A stretch of 63,947 nucleotides of DNA, filler included, from Candidatus Hydrogenedentota bacterium (GCA_040752395.1; 14 parts of 14 records of this genome joined end to end with filler, not necessarily neighbours in it), one strand, 5' to 3'. Counted from the first letter of the whole stretch, positions 29,428-40,412 are shown. Notes: a model not told the origin generated them from the sequence alone. A program made the numbers and translations.

Positions 29428-32400
29428 TTAATAATTGAATTCGAAGGTGATTTTGCCGAAGTTGTCGCTATAATCGTCGCCAAATGGTTCCCAGGATGGG
29501 TCACCATAGCGGGTACGCTTGTACTCGAGGAATAATCGTGCATAGTTTGTTAGATAATATTCGATTTTACTCTGAAAGATATTTGTCTGGTATCTGTTGT
29601 TTGTTGTAAGATTTAAGTTCGTCGGTCGTTCAATCCTGTATTTTGTCCAGAGCCTTATGGAGTTTGTTATTTTATCTTCAAAATAGAGTTCATATATGTT
29701 TTTTTCTTCGTATTTATTAGTTTCAAAATTACTTCGATTGCCACGATTGAAAGTATATTTTTCTTTGTAATATTCGTAATAAAGCGAGACTGCTATTTTA
29801 GGGATACCGTAATATCCGATATTTCCTTTTGCGAATCGTCGAAAACCATCATCATCTGAGATTCTATCTATATCATCGTATTCCATCCATAGACCGAATG
29901 GTCCTATGGATTTAGAATAAAATAGATTAAACCCTTTCTGGTCGGTCTGCCACTCATCATAAGACATCGGATCATCACGCCATCTGGGCTTAAAATTAGT
30001 GCCGAGTTTCCTGTACTTTGTTCGCAGGAACGAGTTATCAAATAGAACATTTTTAAGTTTTATCTCAAAATTTATGTAGTCATCGTTTTCTTTGATTGGT
30101 GTTTGTAGTTTTTCTGTAAATGTAGGGTCTGTTAGATTAGAGATGTTTTTCTGACCGTATTTTGCAAGATAGTTATAGCCATAAATGAGCTCAAGAGTAA
30201 GTTTATCAGAAAAAAACCGTTTATAGGTCTCAAACAGAATAACAGCATCTCTACCAACGAGTTCTGTGATAATGTTTGTATTATCAGGTATGGTCAGTAC
30301 ACCATTTACAATCTGTGCATTTGCCAGTGATTTTGCTGTGTCGTGATAATACACTGCAGTTGTTCTAAAAAATAGGTTCCAGGGAAAATTGCGTTCAAAT
30401 TGTAAACCCGTTGTAAATGAATCGTATCTATGTTTTATGATAAACCAGTCATAACTTGTGCCTTCAATATTCCCTTCAATATTTAATCCTTTCCATTCCC
30501 ATTTAGCCGGGAAGATATGTATGCCGTAATCTATCCAGAGGTTGCCGAGCGTAATCTGCGAGACGTACGGTAATAAATTATTTGCTTGCATTTTATAAGC
30601 TATCATATCTATATCTGGTATGCTGGTATATATTTTATTATGTGTATCAGCATAGACTGTTCTGTCATAATATTCAGTTGTAGATACTATTTCTACTCTT
30701 GAGTTAAAATTGTCAATTTTACCATCAGCTATAAGTTTAGCATAATCACAGACCTCGTGATTCATCTCAGGTGTATACTGATACATAGCCCAGGCGACAC
30801 CTGAAAAATCGATATTTCCGCGTTTACCAAACCCGATTGGGATTTGCAGGAATCTGGCGACCTCAGGCAGTGATACTTCCTCAGGTACCAGGCCTTTACC
30901 AACTGCGTAGAACTTATCAATCCAGACAATGCCTGATGTAGCCTCATTGGTTTCGCCGATAATAGTTAAATCCAGTCTTTTTATCTTTTCTTTATTAAAT
31001 ATGTTATTTATCTTGGTGCTTTCCTGGAGTAGATTTAATTTATCAAGTTCTATCTCGAACATCCGCCACTCTTTATTAATCAAAGCGTATTCAAAAGTTT
31101 TACCCCATATTTCGCCATCAGCATCTATACTTGAGAATTGGAAACTATTTCGTGTTCCATCGCCTTTAATCCATATCCGTATTTTTTCTACTCGTGACCA
31201 ATCGAGCGGTTTTTGGGGTGTAGCAGATGCTGTGACCCAGGTAGCGCTACCACGCTCTGTGGTCAAGGTATAGTCCATAATCATCGAGTAATCGCCTTCC
31301 TGTACATCGCGATCGGACCGGAGATCGAGGTCAGATAAATCGCCTTCAAAGACGCGGTAAATAGTATTCGGGTTAACTCTTTCAAACCCATCGATCAACA
31401 CCTTGTTAGTTCCGAGAGGCCTTTCAGTAAGAGTAACTTTTGGTTTTTCAGAATATTCAATATCATCAAATACAACTTTTCCACTGCCACCATCTTTTTT
31501 AGAGATAGCGATACAGAATAGTTTAAGTTGAGTCAGATCAAGTTTATTATCACCGCCCCACCAGTATTGGAACTCATTAAATGGTATTTTTTCGATAACC
31601 CAATCATCGGTAGCTGTAGCTTCCTCGTATTTAACACCGAAATTACTGCCGTCGGCATCAACGAGTTTGATCTCTATATTATTTTTTGAGCCAACCCCTT
31701 TATATCGGATTTTTATCTCATCTAAACTACTGAAATCGTCGGTTAAATCTTTTTCTATCTGGACCCAGTCACCGACTTCAAGCGAGTAATCAAACTCAAT
31801 TGCGTCACCAACAACACCCGTGGTCTTTCTTATATTTCTCGATGTACCCTCAGCACCTATAAGTCTCCATCTGCTTCTTTGTGACATATCATCGAGTATT
31901 TTGAATTCTTTTTTTTCTTGTGGTTTTATCTCTTCGGGTGTTTCTCTTCTGAAATACTCGATATCATCAAAAGCGATCTTACCTTTACCTCCATCAATTT
32001 TAGAAACAGCGATATTCATCATTTTGAGTTTAGTTAAATCAAGAAGTTTATCACCGGCCCACCAGTGCTGGAAGTATTTTATAGGTATAGTTTTTGTTAT
32101 CCAGCCGTCAGTAGGTGTTCCTGGCGAGAATTTCACGCCGAAATTACTGCCGTCAGCATCGACGAGTTTTATCTCTATATTATTTTTCGAGCCTTCGGCT
32201 TTGTAAGTGATTCTAAGTTTTTCCAACCCGCTCCAGTCACCTTTCATATCTCGTGTTATTTGTGCCCAGTCACCTTTTTCAAGTGAATACGTAAACTCGA
32301 GTGCTTTGCCTTTAGCGGTGTCAACTTTCTCTAAACTTTTAGTAGTACCCTCTGCACCTTCAAGTCTCCATTTTAATCTATTTTCCATATCATCAAGGAG

Positions 32401-32993
32401 CTTGTATTCAATTTTATCTTCAGTAGTTTCTATTATGTCAACTCTTTCGTCTCTTCCGATAATTGCAAGGTTGTCTATAACTATTTTGCCAGAGCCTACC
32501 TTTGTAAAAGCAAGGTTTAGGTTTTCAGGTATAGTTAGATCAATGTCAGCAAAAGCAGAGAGCGGTATCTTAACCATCTGCCACTCACGAGTTGTCACGA
32601 AATGGTCATTAGATAAAACCTTTTTCTCATTACCTTTTTCATCTTTGATTCCGATCTCGAATATTTCCCAACCTTCGCCGCCTCTTACCATAAATGAAAG
32701 ATACATCTGGTTTGATATATTATAGCCTTTTAGTATTGTTCCACAACCGGCGAACCCTAAACGATTGATTTTATAATTTAATTCCAGTGAATAACCGACC
32801 TCAGTATAGGCATCTTTACCACTAACATATTTAACCTCAAGAGATGAGCCTGATTTCAAGTCGGCGAAATCAAAATACCCTGTGCCGAGAGCATTTGGTG
32901 GGCCACCTTGATTGAAATTATCAATTATTAGTGGTTCGGCATGGACAGAGGCAAGAAGCAAGATAACGGAAAGAAAGATAACGAAAGAAGCAA
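29428..32993 (-). CDS. Large secreted protein with four CBM11/CIA30-like domains and a putative C-terminal beta-barrel (5' truncated)
   Basis: Repeated (I/L)DD(F/M)...LSFxxRG / I.IK.xD..G / W....IP...F / I.xDDI units. Signal cleavage VHA-EP. Aromatic alternating C-terminal ~450 aa ending FNY. Confidence 0.7.
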
Positions 32994-33093
32994 NNNNNNN
33001 NNNNNNNNNNNNNNNNNNNNNNNNNNNNNNNNNNNNNTTAATTAATTAANNNNNNNNNNNNNNNNNNNNNNNNNNNNNNNNNNNNNNNNNNNN

Positions 33094-33436
33094 GTGAAAT
33101 TTGCAATTCGACATGCGCGGCGAGTCGACTCAGTCTACTACGGGTCTTGTGACCCTCACTACTTCGAAAAACTTCGCAACTCTAATAATTCGGGGTACAG
33201 ACTACGGGCTACGGACTACAGCCGGCTGGAGACAAAAGCCCGGAGCCTGCTGAAAAGTCTTAAGTCTTGAGTCTTGAGTCTCGAGTCCTGTTTTGACTCA
33301 CGACTCTCGACTCCCGACCCCTAACCCCTAACCGACGCCCCCTAATATACCCCATCCCCTAATATCCTTTGTGCCTTTGTGCCTCTTTCGTTATCTTTCT
33401 TTTCCTTTATCTTGCTTCTTGCTTCTATGATATCGC
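33094..33436. repeat. Modular repeat chain downstream of pyrH
   Basis: Hairpin GGGTC/GACCC module, GAAAAAC..AACTCTAATAATT, CAGCCGGCTG, GTCTTGA/GACTC, CCCCTAA, GTGCCT and CTTGCTT modules. Confidence 0.92.
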
Positions 33437-34174
33437 CTATAACTCATGGGATGCTATAATAGTGCCAATCTTTTTACCAATTACAATATTTTTTAGAGCA
33501 TTTTTCTTCAAAAGATTAAAAACAATAATTGGTATATTATTTTCCATACATAGGGAGATAGCAGTGAGGTCCATAACTTTTAACTTTTTGTTTATTACAT
33601 CAAGATAAGTCAAAGAGTTATAAAATCTTGCTTTTTCAAATTTATGTGGATCAGCAGAATATACACCATCAACTTTTGTAGCTTTTAATATAACATCAGC
33701 ATTTAATTCGCTTGCTCTTAATGCGGCTGCCATATCAGTCGAAAAATAGGGGTTTCCAGTACCACCTGCAAATATAACTATTCTTCCTTTTTCAAGGTGT
33801 CGATCTGCACGACGTTTGATAAAAGGTTCTGCTATTTTGGGCGCTTCTATTGCAGAAAGAACACGTGTGGTAATATTAAGCTTTTCAATAGCATTCTGAA
33901 GAGCAAGCGCATTTATTACTGTTGCTAACATACCCATATAATCTGCGGTTACTCTATCTATCCCGTTATCAGAAGAGCTCCCACCACGAATAATATTTCC
34001 ACCACCTATTACAATCATTACCGCCACTCCTAATTTATGAATTTCACTTATTTCAGTAGCAATATAATTTACTATTTCAGGATCTATATTATACCTTTTA
34101 TCCCCTAATAAAGCCTCTCCACTTATTTTTAACAGAATTCTTTTGTATTTTATTTTATAGCGTGATTTTAGCAT
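33437..34174 (-). CDS. pyrH: UMP kinase
   Basis: [32 protein letters not shown] and VMDLTA. Confidence 0.97.
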   Translation of the reverse strand: MLKSRYKIKYKRILLKISGEALLGDKRYNIDPEIVNYIATEISEIHKLGVAVMIVIGGGNIIRGGSSSDNGIDRVTADYMGMLATVINALALQNAIEKLNITTRVLSAIEAPKIAEPFIKRRADRHLEKGRIVIFAGGTGNPYFSTDMAAALRASELNADVILKATKVDGVYSADPHKFEKARFYNSLTYLDVINKKLKVMDLTAISLCMENNIPIIVFNLLKKNALKNIVIGKKIGTIIASHEL

Positions 34175-34189
34175 AATTAATAATTATTT

Positions 34190-34278
34190 GTATCTCCTCA
34201 GTCTTTTTCTGATACTTCTCACTTCTTACTTTTTTCATTATCTTGCTTCTTGCTTCTAACCTATAACTGAGTAGTTAC
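34190..34278. repeat. Repeat element, subfamily 2, between tsf and pyrH
   Basis: GTATCTCCTCAG...CTGATACTTCTCACTTCTTAC...(CTTGCTT)n...TATAACTGAGTAGTTAC. Confidence 0.78.
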
Positions 34279-34280
34279 AA

Positions 34281-34871
34281 TTATTCTCCTATAGCAAACC
34301 TTACAAATCTTTTGACAACGATATTTTCTCCAAGTTTGGAAGCCACAGAAGCAACAATATCTTTTACTTTTTTATTTTCATCTTTTATATACTGGCCTTC
34401 AAGTAAAACCATATCCTGATAAAACTTTTCCATTTTACCTTCGATAATTTTTTCAATAACTTTTTCGGGTTTATTACTATTTTTAAGTTGCTCTTTATAT
34501 ATTTCTCTCTCTTTCTGCAAAACCTCTTCTTCTATATTCTCACGAGAGATATAAAGCGGATTAGTAGCTGCTACCTGCATCGCGAGATTATGCGCAAGGG
34601 CCCTGAATTCATCGGTTCTTGCCACAAAATCAGTTTCGCAATCCATTTCTATTAAAACACCCATTTTTCTATTGGAATGTATATAAGCCTCGATAATACC
34701 TTGTTTTGTTATTCTGCCAGCCCGTTTAGCAACATCCATTAATCCCTTCTTTCTTAATATCTCAGTAGCTTTTTCTATGTCGCCATTTGCTTCGCCTAAA
34801 GCGTTTTTACAATCCATCATCCCGGCACCGGTCTTTTCTCTCAGTTTTTTAACCATCGCAGGCGTAATCAT
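34281..34871 (-). CDS. tsf: Elongation factor Ts (short form)
   Basis: VKKLREKTGAGMMDCK, CETDFVA and LGENIVVKRF. Confidence 0.97.
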   Translation of the reverse strand: MITPAMVKKLREKTGAGMMDCKNALGEANGDIEKATEILRKKGLMDVAKRAGRITKQGIIEAYIHSNRKMGVLIEMDCETDFVARTDEFRALAHNLAMQVAATNPLYISRENIEEEVLQKEREIYKEQLKNSNKPEKVIEKIIEGKMEKFYQDMVLLEGQYIKDENKKVKDIVASVASKLGENIVVKRFVRFAIGE

Positions 34872-34875
34872 AATC

Positions 34876-35172
34876 CTCCTCTGAAAAACGTTGTAACTCT
34901 AATAATATCAAATAGAAGCAAGAAGCAAGATAACGGAAAGAAAGATAACGAAAGAGGCAAGATAAACAAACATCTAGTTTTTCATACGTTGTGTAGAGCG
35001 CAAAAACGCAATAACCCAATAACCCAAGAACCCAATAACCCAATAGTGTAGAGCGCAAACCGCGCTCATGAGTACTCCTTCGAAAAAAGTTCGGAGTTCG
35101 AAGCTCGGTGCTATTATTACGAACTCCTAACTTCTAACTCCTATGAAAAGTTAAAAGTTAAAAATATCATAT
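34876..35172. repeat. Modular repeat chain between rpsB and tsf
   Basis: CTCCTCTGAAAAAC, (AAGCAAG)n, GTGTAGAGCGCAAA twice, (AATAACCC)n, and AGTTCGG/CTAACT arrays. Confidence 0.92.
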
Positions 35173-35177
35173 CATTT

Positions 35178-36068
35178 CTACTGTTTTTTAGTTTCTTTAT
35201 CATGGGCTTCTAATTCTTCTTTTTCTTTTGCTTCTATTTCAAGTTCAGCTTCAAGAAAGAGTTTCTTTTCTTCTGTAAGGTCATCGGTTAACTCGTATTT
35301 TTCTTTAAAAAACCTTTCAGTTAATTTATCAGGTTTAACCTCTTCAGCTTTTTCTTCTATTTTTTCATCTTTATGTTCAGCTTCATATTCCTGTCTGCCA
35401 GCAATAACAGCATTTGCTACCATATCGCATATCAGAGAAGTGGACCTTATCGCATCATCATTCCCCGGTATAACATAATCAACATAACTCGGGTCACAAT
35501 TAGTATCAACAAGTCCGATAACTGGTATCCCGAGTTTTTTTGCTTCTTTAACAGCTATCTGTTCTTTACTCGGATCAACTACAAATATTGCCTCTGGTAA
35601 TTTTTTCATATTATATATACCCTGAAAGAATCCCTCAAGTTTGGTTATTTCTTTATTTAAATTAGCTGCCTCTTTTTTGGGTAATATCTCTAACATTCCG
35701 GTATCTCTCATCTCTTTTAGTTCTTTCAGTCTATTTATTCTTTTATTTATAGTCTGCCAGTTTGTTAACATTCCACCAAGCCATCGGTTATTTATGTACG
35801 GCATACCGCATTTTGTAGCACCTTCACTTATTGCTTTTTGTGCCTGGTGTTTCGTACCTATAAATAATACGGTTCCAGCATTCTTGATAATACTTTTTAT
35901 AAATTGATAGGCTTCTTCTGCTAAAACTATGGTCTTTTGTAAATCAATAATATGAATACCGTTCCGTTCAGCATAAATATATTTAGACATTTTAGGGTTC
36001 CATCGTTTTGTCTGATGACCAAAATGTACGCCTGCTTCTAATAAGTCCTTCATTACAACAGCTGGCAT
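35178..36068 (-). CDS. rpsB: 30S ribosomal protein S2
   Basis: [34 protein letters not shown] and PGNDDAIRS. Confidence 0.98.
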   Translation of the reverse strand: MPAVVMKDLLEAGVHFGHQTKRWNPKMSKYIYAERNGIHIIDLQKTIVLAEEAYQFIKSIIKNAGTVLFIGTKHQAQKAISEGATKCGMPYINNRWLGGMLTNWQTINKRINRLKELKEMRDTGMLEILPKKEAANLNKEITKLEGFFQGIYNMKKLPEAIFVVDPSKEQIAVKEAKKLGIPVIGLVDTNCDPSYVDYVIPGNDDAIRSTSLICDMVANAVIAGRQEYEAEHKDEKIEEKAEEVKPDKLTERFFKEKYELTDDLTEEKKLFLEAELEIEAKEKEELEAHDKETKKQ

Positions 36069-36087
36069 AAAAGATGTTTCCTCCGTT

Positions 36088-36210
36088 ATCCCGGGTTATA
36101 AATTTACCGACTTTAAATTTATGCAATATTTTTCTTAATATTGTAAAGGATTTTTTTACCTCCACACCAATTATTATAGCAAGATGCTATGGTCCGATTG
36201 GTGTGTGGGT
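36088..36210 (-). promoter_or_regulatory. Probable rpsB leader (t44/S2 autoregulatory RNA)
   Basis: Minus strand has a CACACCAAT...ATTGGTGTG stem followed by GAGG, an inner ATAGC/GCTAT hairpin, and AACCCG near the RBS, as in t44-type leaders. Confidence 0.6.
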
Positions 36211-36340
36211 GGTTATTTTTTTCTCAACTTTAGCCTATTTTATGCCGATAAAGTTAATGCACAGCAATAACTTAGGTGGTTTCCCCTCCCATTCCACTTG
36301 CCTAATTATTGCTTAAAACAACTTTCACTCACTTATTGAG

Positions 36341-36372
36341 GCACCGCTTCAAAATAAGCGGTGCTTTTTTTT
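36341..36372 (+). terminator. Intrinsic terminator
   Basis: GCACCGCTT-caaaat-AAGCGGTGC followed by T8. Confidence 0.75.
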
Positions 36373-36490
36373 ACCCTACCCAAGCTCAGCAGGGACGAGC
36401 TGGCGGCTCGCCTCCACGGTTGCCCCATTTTCCAATCTGCCTATTTTTCCCTGTAAGCGTAAGCTAAATTAACTGATTTGATGTAGTGAT

Positions 36491-36667
36491 TTATTTTAAA
36501 ATCTTACTAACTGCTTCATCAAAAGTATCAACCGTTTGAATAAGGTTTTCAAGATGAGTTAATCTAATAATTTTTTTAATAGATTCATTAGCAAAAACCA
36601 GAAATAATGGCTTGTCAATTTGCATTAATTTTTTTTTAAAACCCACAATCGCTCCCAACCCGGAACT
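36491..36667 (-). CDS. STAS-domain anti-sigma factor antagonist (5' truncated)
   Basis: Translates as SSGLGAIV...IKKIIRLTHL...DTFDEAV. Confidence 0.8.
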   Translation of the reverse strand, partial: SSGLGAIVGFKKKLMQIDKPLFLVFANESIKKIIRLTHLENLIQTVDTFDEAVSKILK

Positions 36668-36767
36668 NNNNNNNNNNNNNNNNNNNNNNNNNNNNNNNNN
36701 NNNNNNNNNNNTTAATTAATTAANNNNNNNNNNNNNNNNNNNNNNNNNNNNNNNNNNNNNNNNNNNN

Positions 36768-36968
36768 GCTACAGGCTACAGGCTACGGACTACAGCCGGC
36801 TGGAGCCCGAAGCCCGGAGCCTGCTGAAAAGTCTTGAGTCTTGAGTCTTGAGTCTCGAGTCCTGTTTTGACTCACGACTTGCGACTCACGACTCACGACT
36901 CTTTTCATATCATCTTTAGTTTTTCATACCTTGTGTAGAGCGCAAACCGCGCTCATGACGACTCCTTC
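36768..36968. repeat. Modular repeat chain at a contig start
   Basis: GGCTACA, CAGCCGGCTG, GTCTTGA/GACTCAC, TATCATCTTTAG and a single GTGTAGAGCGCAAACCGCGCTC. Confidence 0.92.
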
Positions 36969-37078
36969 CTGAATCTCTCTATATGTAAGCCATCTGACCC
37001 CTTCTTTTCGCCATTCAAAAATACAATTTCCTTCAGTTGGCAGATTATAATCAACAGAATAAGTATTTTTTTATAAAA

Positions 37079-38056
37079 TTATTCGTAGTTTACTTTATAA
37101 TACGGATAGAATATACTCATCTTCAATATTTTTTTATATGTGAGATACATATCACGTATCTTCTGTTTCTCGGCTTCTAAAATATTAGATTTTAATTCTC
37201 TGCTGTATTTATATAACCTGATTAAAATGCCGGTACCTGTAACCACTTTTAAAAACAGCATCGAGAACCAGCCGTAATGTTTGCTAAAAAAATAAAATCT
37301 TGAATGATGCCAGACCTGAGTCATCTTAGGATACTCCTGAACTATGCTTTTTGCAGTATGATGAATCACTACTGGTTCTGTGTAATACTTTATCTTCCAA
37401 CCAGCATCTATAGCTCGCTTACACCAGTCGATCTCTTCAAAATAAATAAACAGTCTCTCATCAAGTATGCTGATCTGTTCTATAACCTCTTTTCTTACTA
37501 CAAGAAATGCACCGAGGCCCCAGTGGATATAATGGTCTCTCTCAAATGCCTCTTTTTCAGTCTCGTAATATTTATTATAAAAATATTTATGAAGTTTTGT
37601 ATTATAAAACAACTCGCTTACTATGCTCCGTTCTGCTAACACGTTGCTCCATCTCGGAAAACTTGTATGTATATTGTAATACAGTGTACCGTCTGGATAA
37701 TACATCCTGCAACAGGCAATACCTACATCTCTATCCCTGTCCATAAACTCTACCATCAAATCAAGACAATTCTTCCCAACCTCTGTATCGTTGTTCAGTA
37801 ATATAGAGTATCTGCCACTTGCTATCTTAAGTGCCTGATTGTTCCCACGCGTGAACCCTATATTTTGTTCATTCCTTATAATCCTCACTACAGGAAAATA
37901 TGTTTTTATATATTCTGAGACACCATCACTCGAACCGTTATCAACCAGAATAATTTCGTAAGTGATTCGCCGGGTATTTTTCAATATCGATTCAATACAT
38001 TTCACAGTCAGGTCTTTAGTGTTCCAGGTTAGAATACAGATCGACAGGTCAATCAT
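37079..38056 (-). CDS. GT2 glycosyltransferase (WbbL-like)
   Basis: VDNGSSDG, NIGFTRGNNQ, LLNND and YFEEIDWC. Confidence 0.9.
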   Translation of the reverse strand: MIDLSICILTWNTKDLTVKCIESILKNTRRITYEIILVDNGSSDGVSEYIKTYFPVVRIIRNEQNIGFTRGNNQALKIASGRYSILLNNDTEVGKNCLDLMVEFMDRDRDVGIACCRMYYPDGTLYYNIHTSFPRWSNVLAERSIVSELFYNTKLHKYFYNKYYETEKEAFERDHYIHWGLGAFLVVRKEVIEQISILDERLFIYFEEIDWCKRAIDAGWKIKYYTEPVVIHHTAKSIVQEYPKMTQVWHHSRFYFFSKHYGWFSMLFLKVVTGTGILIRLYKYSRELKSNILEAEKQKIRDMYLTYKKILKMSIFYPYYKVNYE

Positions 38057-38063
38057 AATAACC

Positions 38064-39383
38064 TTAATTCACTATTTTATTACATATACCAGCATCAATC
38101 TCTTTTATCTGAGCATAAATCTCTTCATAATATAAATACGACGCAATAATAAGTTTATCGAATCGAACCCTGTTTAAATATTTTGTATGATAAACGGGAC
38201 AATTAAATAATTTTACTCTTTCCTGGTTTAAATTATTATCAAAAACAATAAGATCCATATAACCAAAAACCTGCAAAAGTCTATAGACATAATAACCAAA
38301 ATTTCCCATACCGCATATCGCTATTCTGGTATTTTTCAGGATACGGGCTGTAACAGTATTTTTCTTTTTTAATCCCGTAATCCATTCTTTATACCGGGCA
38401 ATTAAATCCATTCGGTTCGGTAAAGTATAATCTTCTATAATTCTCTTCTTAAATCTCTTTAACCCACGTTTTAATTTATCTATATTATCTATGGCCATTC
38501 TACTCTTTTCATACCACTCACTAACTTTGAGAGTATCGACTTTTAAAATTTCCCTGTCTCTAAATATTCTATATGGTTCAATATTGCTATAAATACCAAC
38601 TATATCATTTAAAACATATTCAAGTAACTTAATATTACTTTTGGATTGATTAAAAATATGATTGCTCAACGGAGCATATCCTATATCAAACCTGTTTTTA
38701 GAGAAACTCCTAAGATATTTAAAGTAGTCGTTCTCCCAGCCAATAAATTCCACAGGTATATCTATACCTTCCGTATCTCTCACTGCTGAGCCTATCATTC
38801 TGAAACTTAATCTCTGGTTATATCTTTTATATAATTTTTCCCAGACCCTGAGTATAATATGAATATATCCTCTATGGCTGAAAGACCCTGAATATCCAAG
38901 AACAAGAGTATCCTTATATTCTGTCTTATAATCCACAAACAAATCTTCTTTTAACAGGTTCGGATAAATAAATATATTCTTATTGAACTTTAATAATTGT
39001 GATTTTAATGTGTCTGTCGAAACTACTAATCCGTCAACTAACTTTAAAGTTTTTTTGTATTCATTTCGAAACTGACAATATATTTTTTTTTCGGGATGCC
39101 AGGGTACCACTCTTATAAGATAATCATCAATATCATAAATCACTTTAATATTTCTCTCTTTAGCCATCTCAACTATTATTCTAACCAGTAGATTTGGCAC
39201 TTCCCGATGTAGTATAATCACATCCCTGTTAATAAAATCATCTATAACAACCTTATCGATATTAAAAAAATCATAATTATCCGCAATTACATTAAGACTT
39301 TTCATAAATTGAAAAGGTATTCTGCCTCTAAGTGTGGAAGAAGATGTTATCTGTGGATGAAAAAAAAGGTTTAATGTTTTCAT
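38064..39383 (-). CDS. Glycosyltransferase-like (GT-B) protein with a C-terminal Rossmann-like domain
   Basis: YDIDD, GYSGSFSH, DIGYAPL..FNQSKSNIKLLEY; C-terminal IAICGMG. Confidence 0.7.
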   Translation of the reverse strand: MKTLNLFFHPQITSSSTLRGRIPFQFMKSLNVIADNYDFFNIDKVVIDDFINRDVIILHREVPNLLVRIIVEMAKERNIKVIYDIDDYLIRVVPWHPEKKIYCQFRNEYKKTLKLVDGLVVSTDTLKSQLLKFNKNIFIYPNLLKEDLFVDYKTEYKDTLVLGYSGSFSHRGYIHIILRVWEKLYKRYNQRLSFRMIGSAVRDTEGIDIPVEFIGWENDYFKYLRSFSKNRFDIGYAPLSNHIFNQSKSNIKLLEYVLNDIVGIYSNIEPYRIFRDREILKVDTLKVSEWYEKSRMAIDNIDKLKRGLKRFKKRIIEDYTLPNRMDLIARYKEWITGLKKKNTVTARILKNTRIAICGMGNFGYYVYRLLQVFGYMDLIVFDNNLNQERVKLFNCPVYHTKYLNRVRFDKLIIASYLYYEEIYAQIKEIDAGICNKIVN

Positions 39384-39388
39384 TAGAA

Positions 39389-39643
39389 TCAGGTTGTCTT
39401 AAAACTTACGTAAAATAATCTCTCAAATATTTCTGAATCATAATATAAAATTATATTCTCTTTTTTGATCTCTTTTTTTAGAAGATGCTGTAAAATTTCC
39501 TCCTGATACCCCAGTGAGGTTATCACAATCCTTGTAATCTTCTCTCTCACTTTATCAATAGTGTTATATATTTTAGTATTTTTATATCTATCGCAGCTCT
39601 GGTTAGCATCTACTATGGCAACAATTTTATATTTTTTATTCAT
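39389..39643 (-). CDS. Small Rossmann-fragment-like protein
   Basis: 84 aa with IVAIVD..IVITS. The GGAG RBS lies at the repeat junction. Confidence 0.45.
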   Translation of the reverse strand: MNKKYKIVAIVDANQSCDRYKNTKIYNTIDKVREKITRIVITSLGYQEEILQHLLKKEIKKENIILYYDSEIFERLFYVSFKTT

Positions 39644-39651
39644 TAATATAT

Positions 39652-39848
39652 CTCCTCTGAAAAACGCTGTAACTCTAATAATTCGGGCTACAGGCTACGG
39701 GCTACGGACTACAGCCGGCTGGAGCCCGAAGCCCGGAGCCTGAAGCCAACATATCATCTTTAGTTTTTCATACCTTGTGTAGAGCGCAAAAACGCAATAA
39801 CCCAATAACCCGATAGTGTAGAGCCCAACCCGAGCTCATTACGACTTC
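39652..39848. repeat. Modular repeat chain lacking the GTCTTGA/GACTCAC module
   Basis: CTCCTCTGAAAAAC, CAGCCGGCTG, TATCATCTTTAG, GTGTAGAGC twice and AATAACCC. Confidence 0.9.
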
Positions 39849-40412
39849 TTTATTTTTCTCCGGTTCAACAACCGTCACTACGATTTCCTGTTTGAGGTTC
39901 CAAGATACAACCCCCTGAGGTTCAGACCATATAACCGGTCAACAACAATCTCTCTGTTTTTGGGGCAAGGTAATCTGAGATACTGGTTCTGCAGCGTTAA
40001 GCCCTGAACCAATCAACCAGTATGTCTGCTTTAAAGATGTTTTTCAATTCATCAGGAATTCTGGTCTGTCATAAATAAGCATAGAATAAATAAAATAATA
40101 GATAAGTCAAGAGAGAGTGAATTATAAATTCACTATTTTATTTGGAGAAGATATATCCATACACGCTTGTGCAACGATGTTGGGTTCACTTAACCCGTAA
40201 TGTAAAAGATAAAATTAATCGTAGTTGCGAAGGCAATACCCTCATTTAAGAATAAGGCAAGTTGTGAACGTATTCTTTTTGCTATTTTTAACTATTATAA
40301 TGTTAAATGGAANNNNNNNNNNNNNNNNNNNNNNNNNNNNNNNNNNNNNNNNNNNNTTAATTAATTAANNNNNNNNNNNNNNNNNNNNNNNNNNNNNNNN
40401 NNNNNNNNNNNN

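Noticed and set aside
33369-35058. Short ORFs made of repeat DNA (33369-33608, 34849-35058, 39561-39743, 127-327) and antisense shadow ORFs throughout
   Set aside because: They are low-complexity translations of heptamer arrays, or lie opposite well-supported genes.
36384-36458. HDV-like ribozyme or c-di-AMP riboswitch
   Set aside because: GCC-UCCAC-GGU resembles HDV P3/L3, but there is no matching P1/P2. The ydaO consensus elements are missing.
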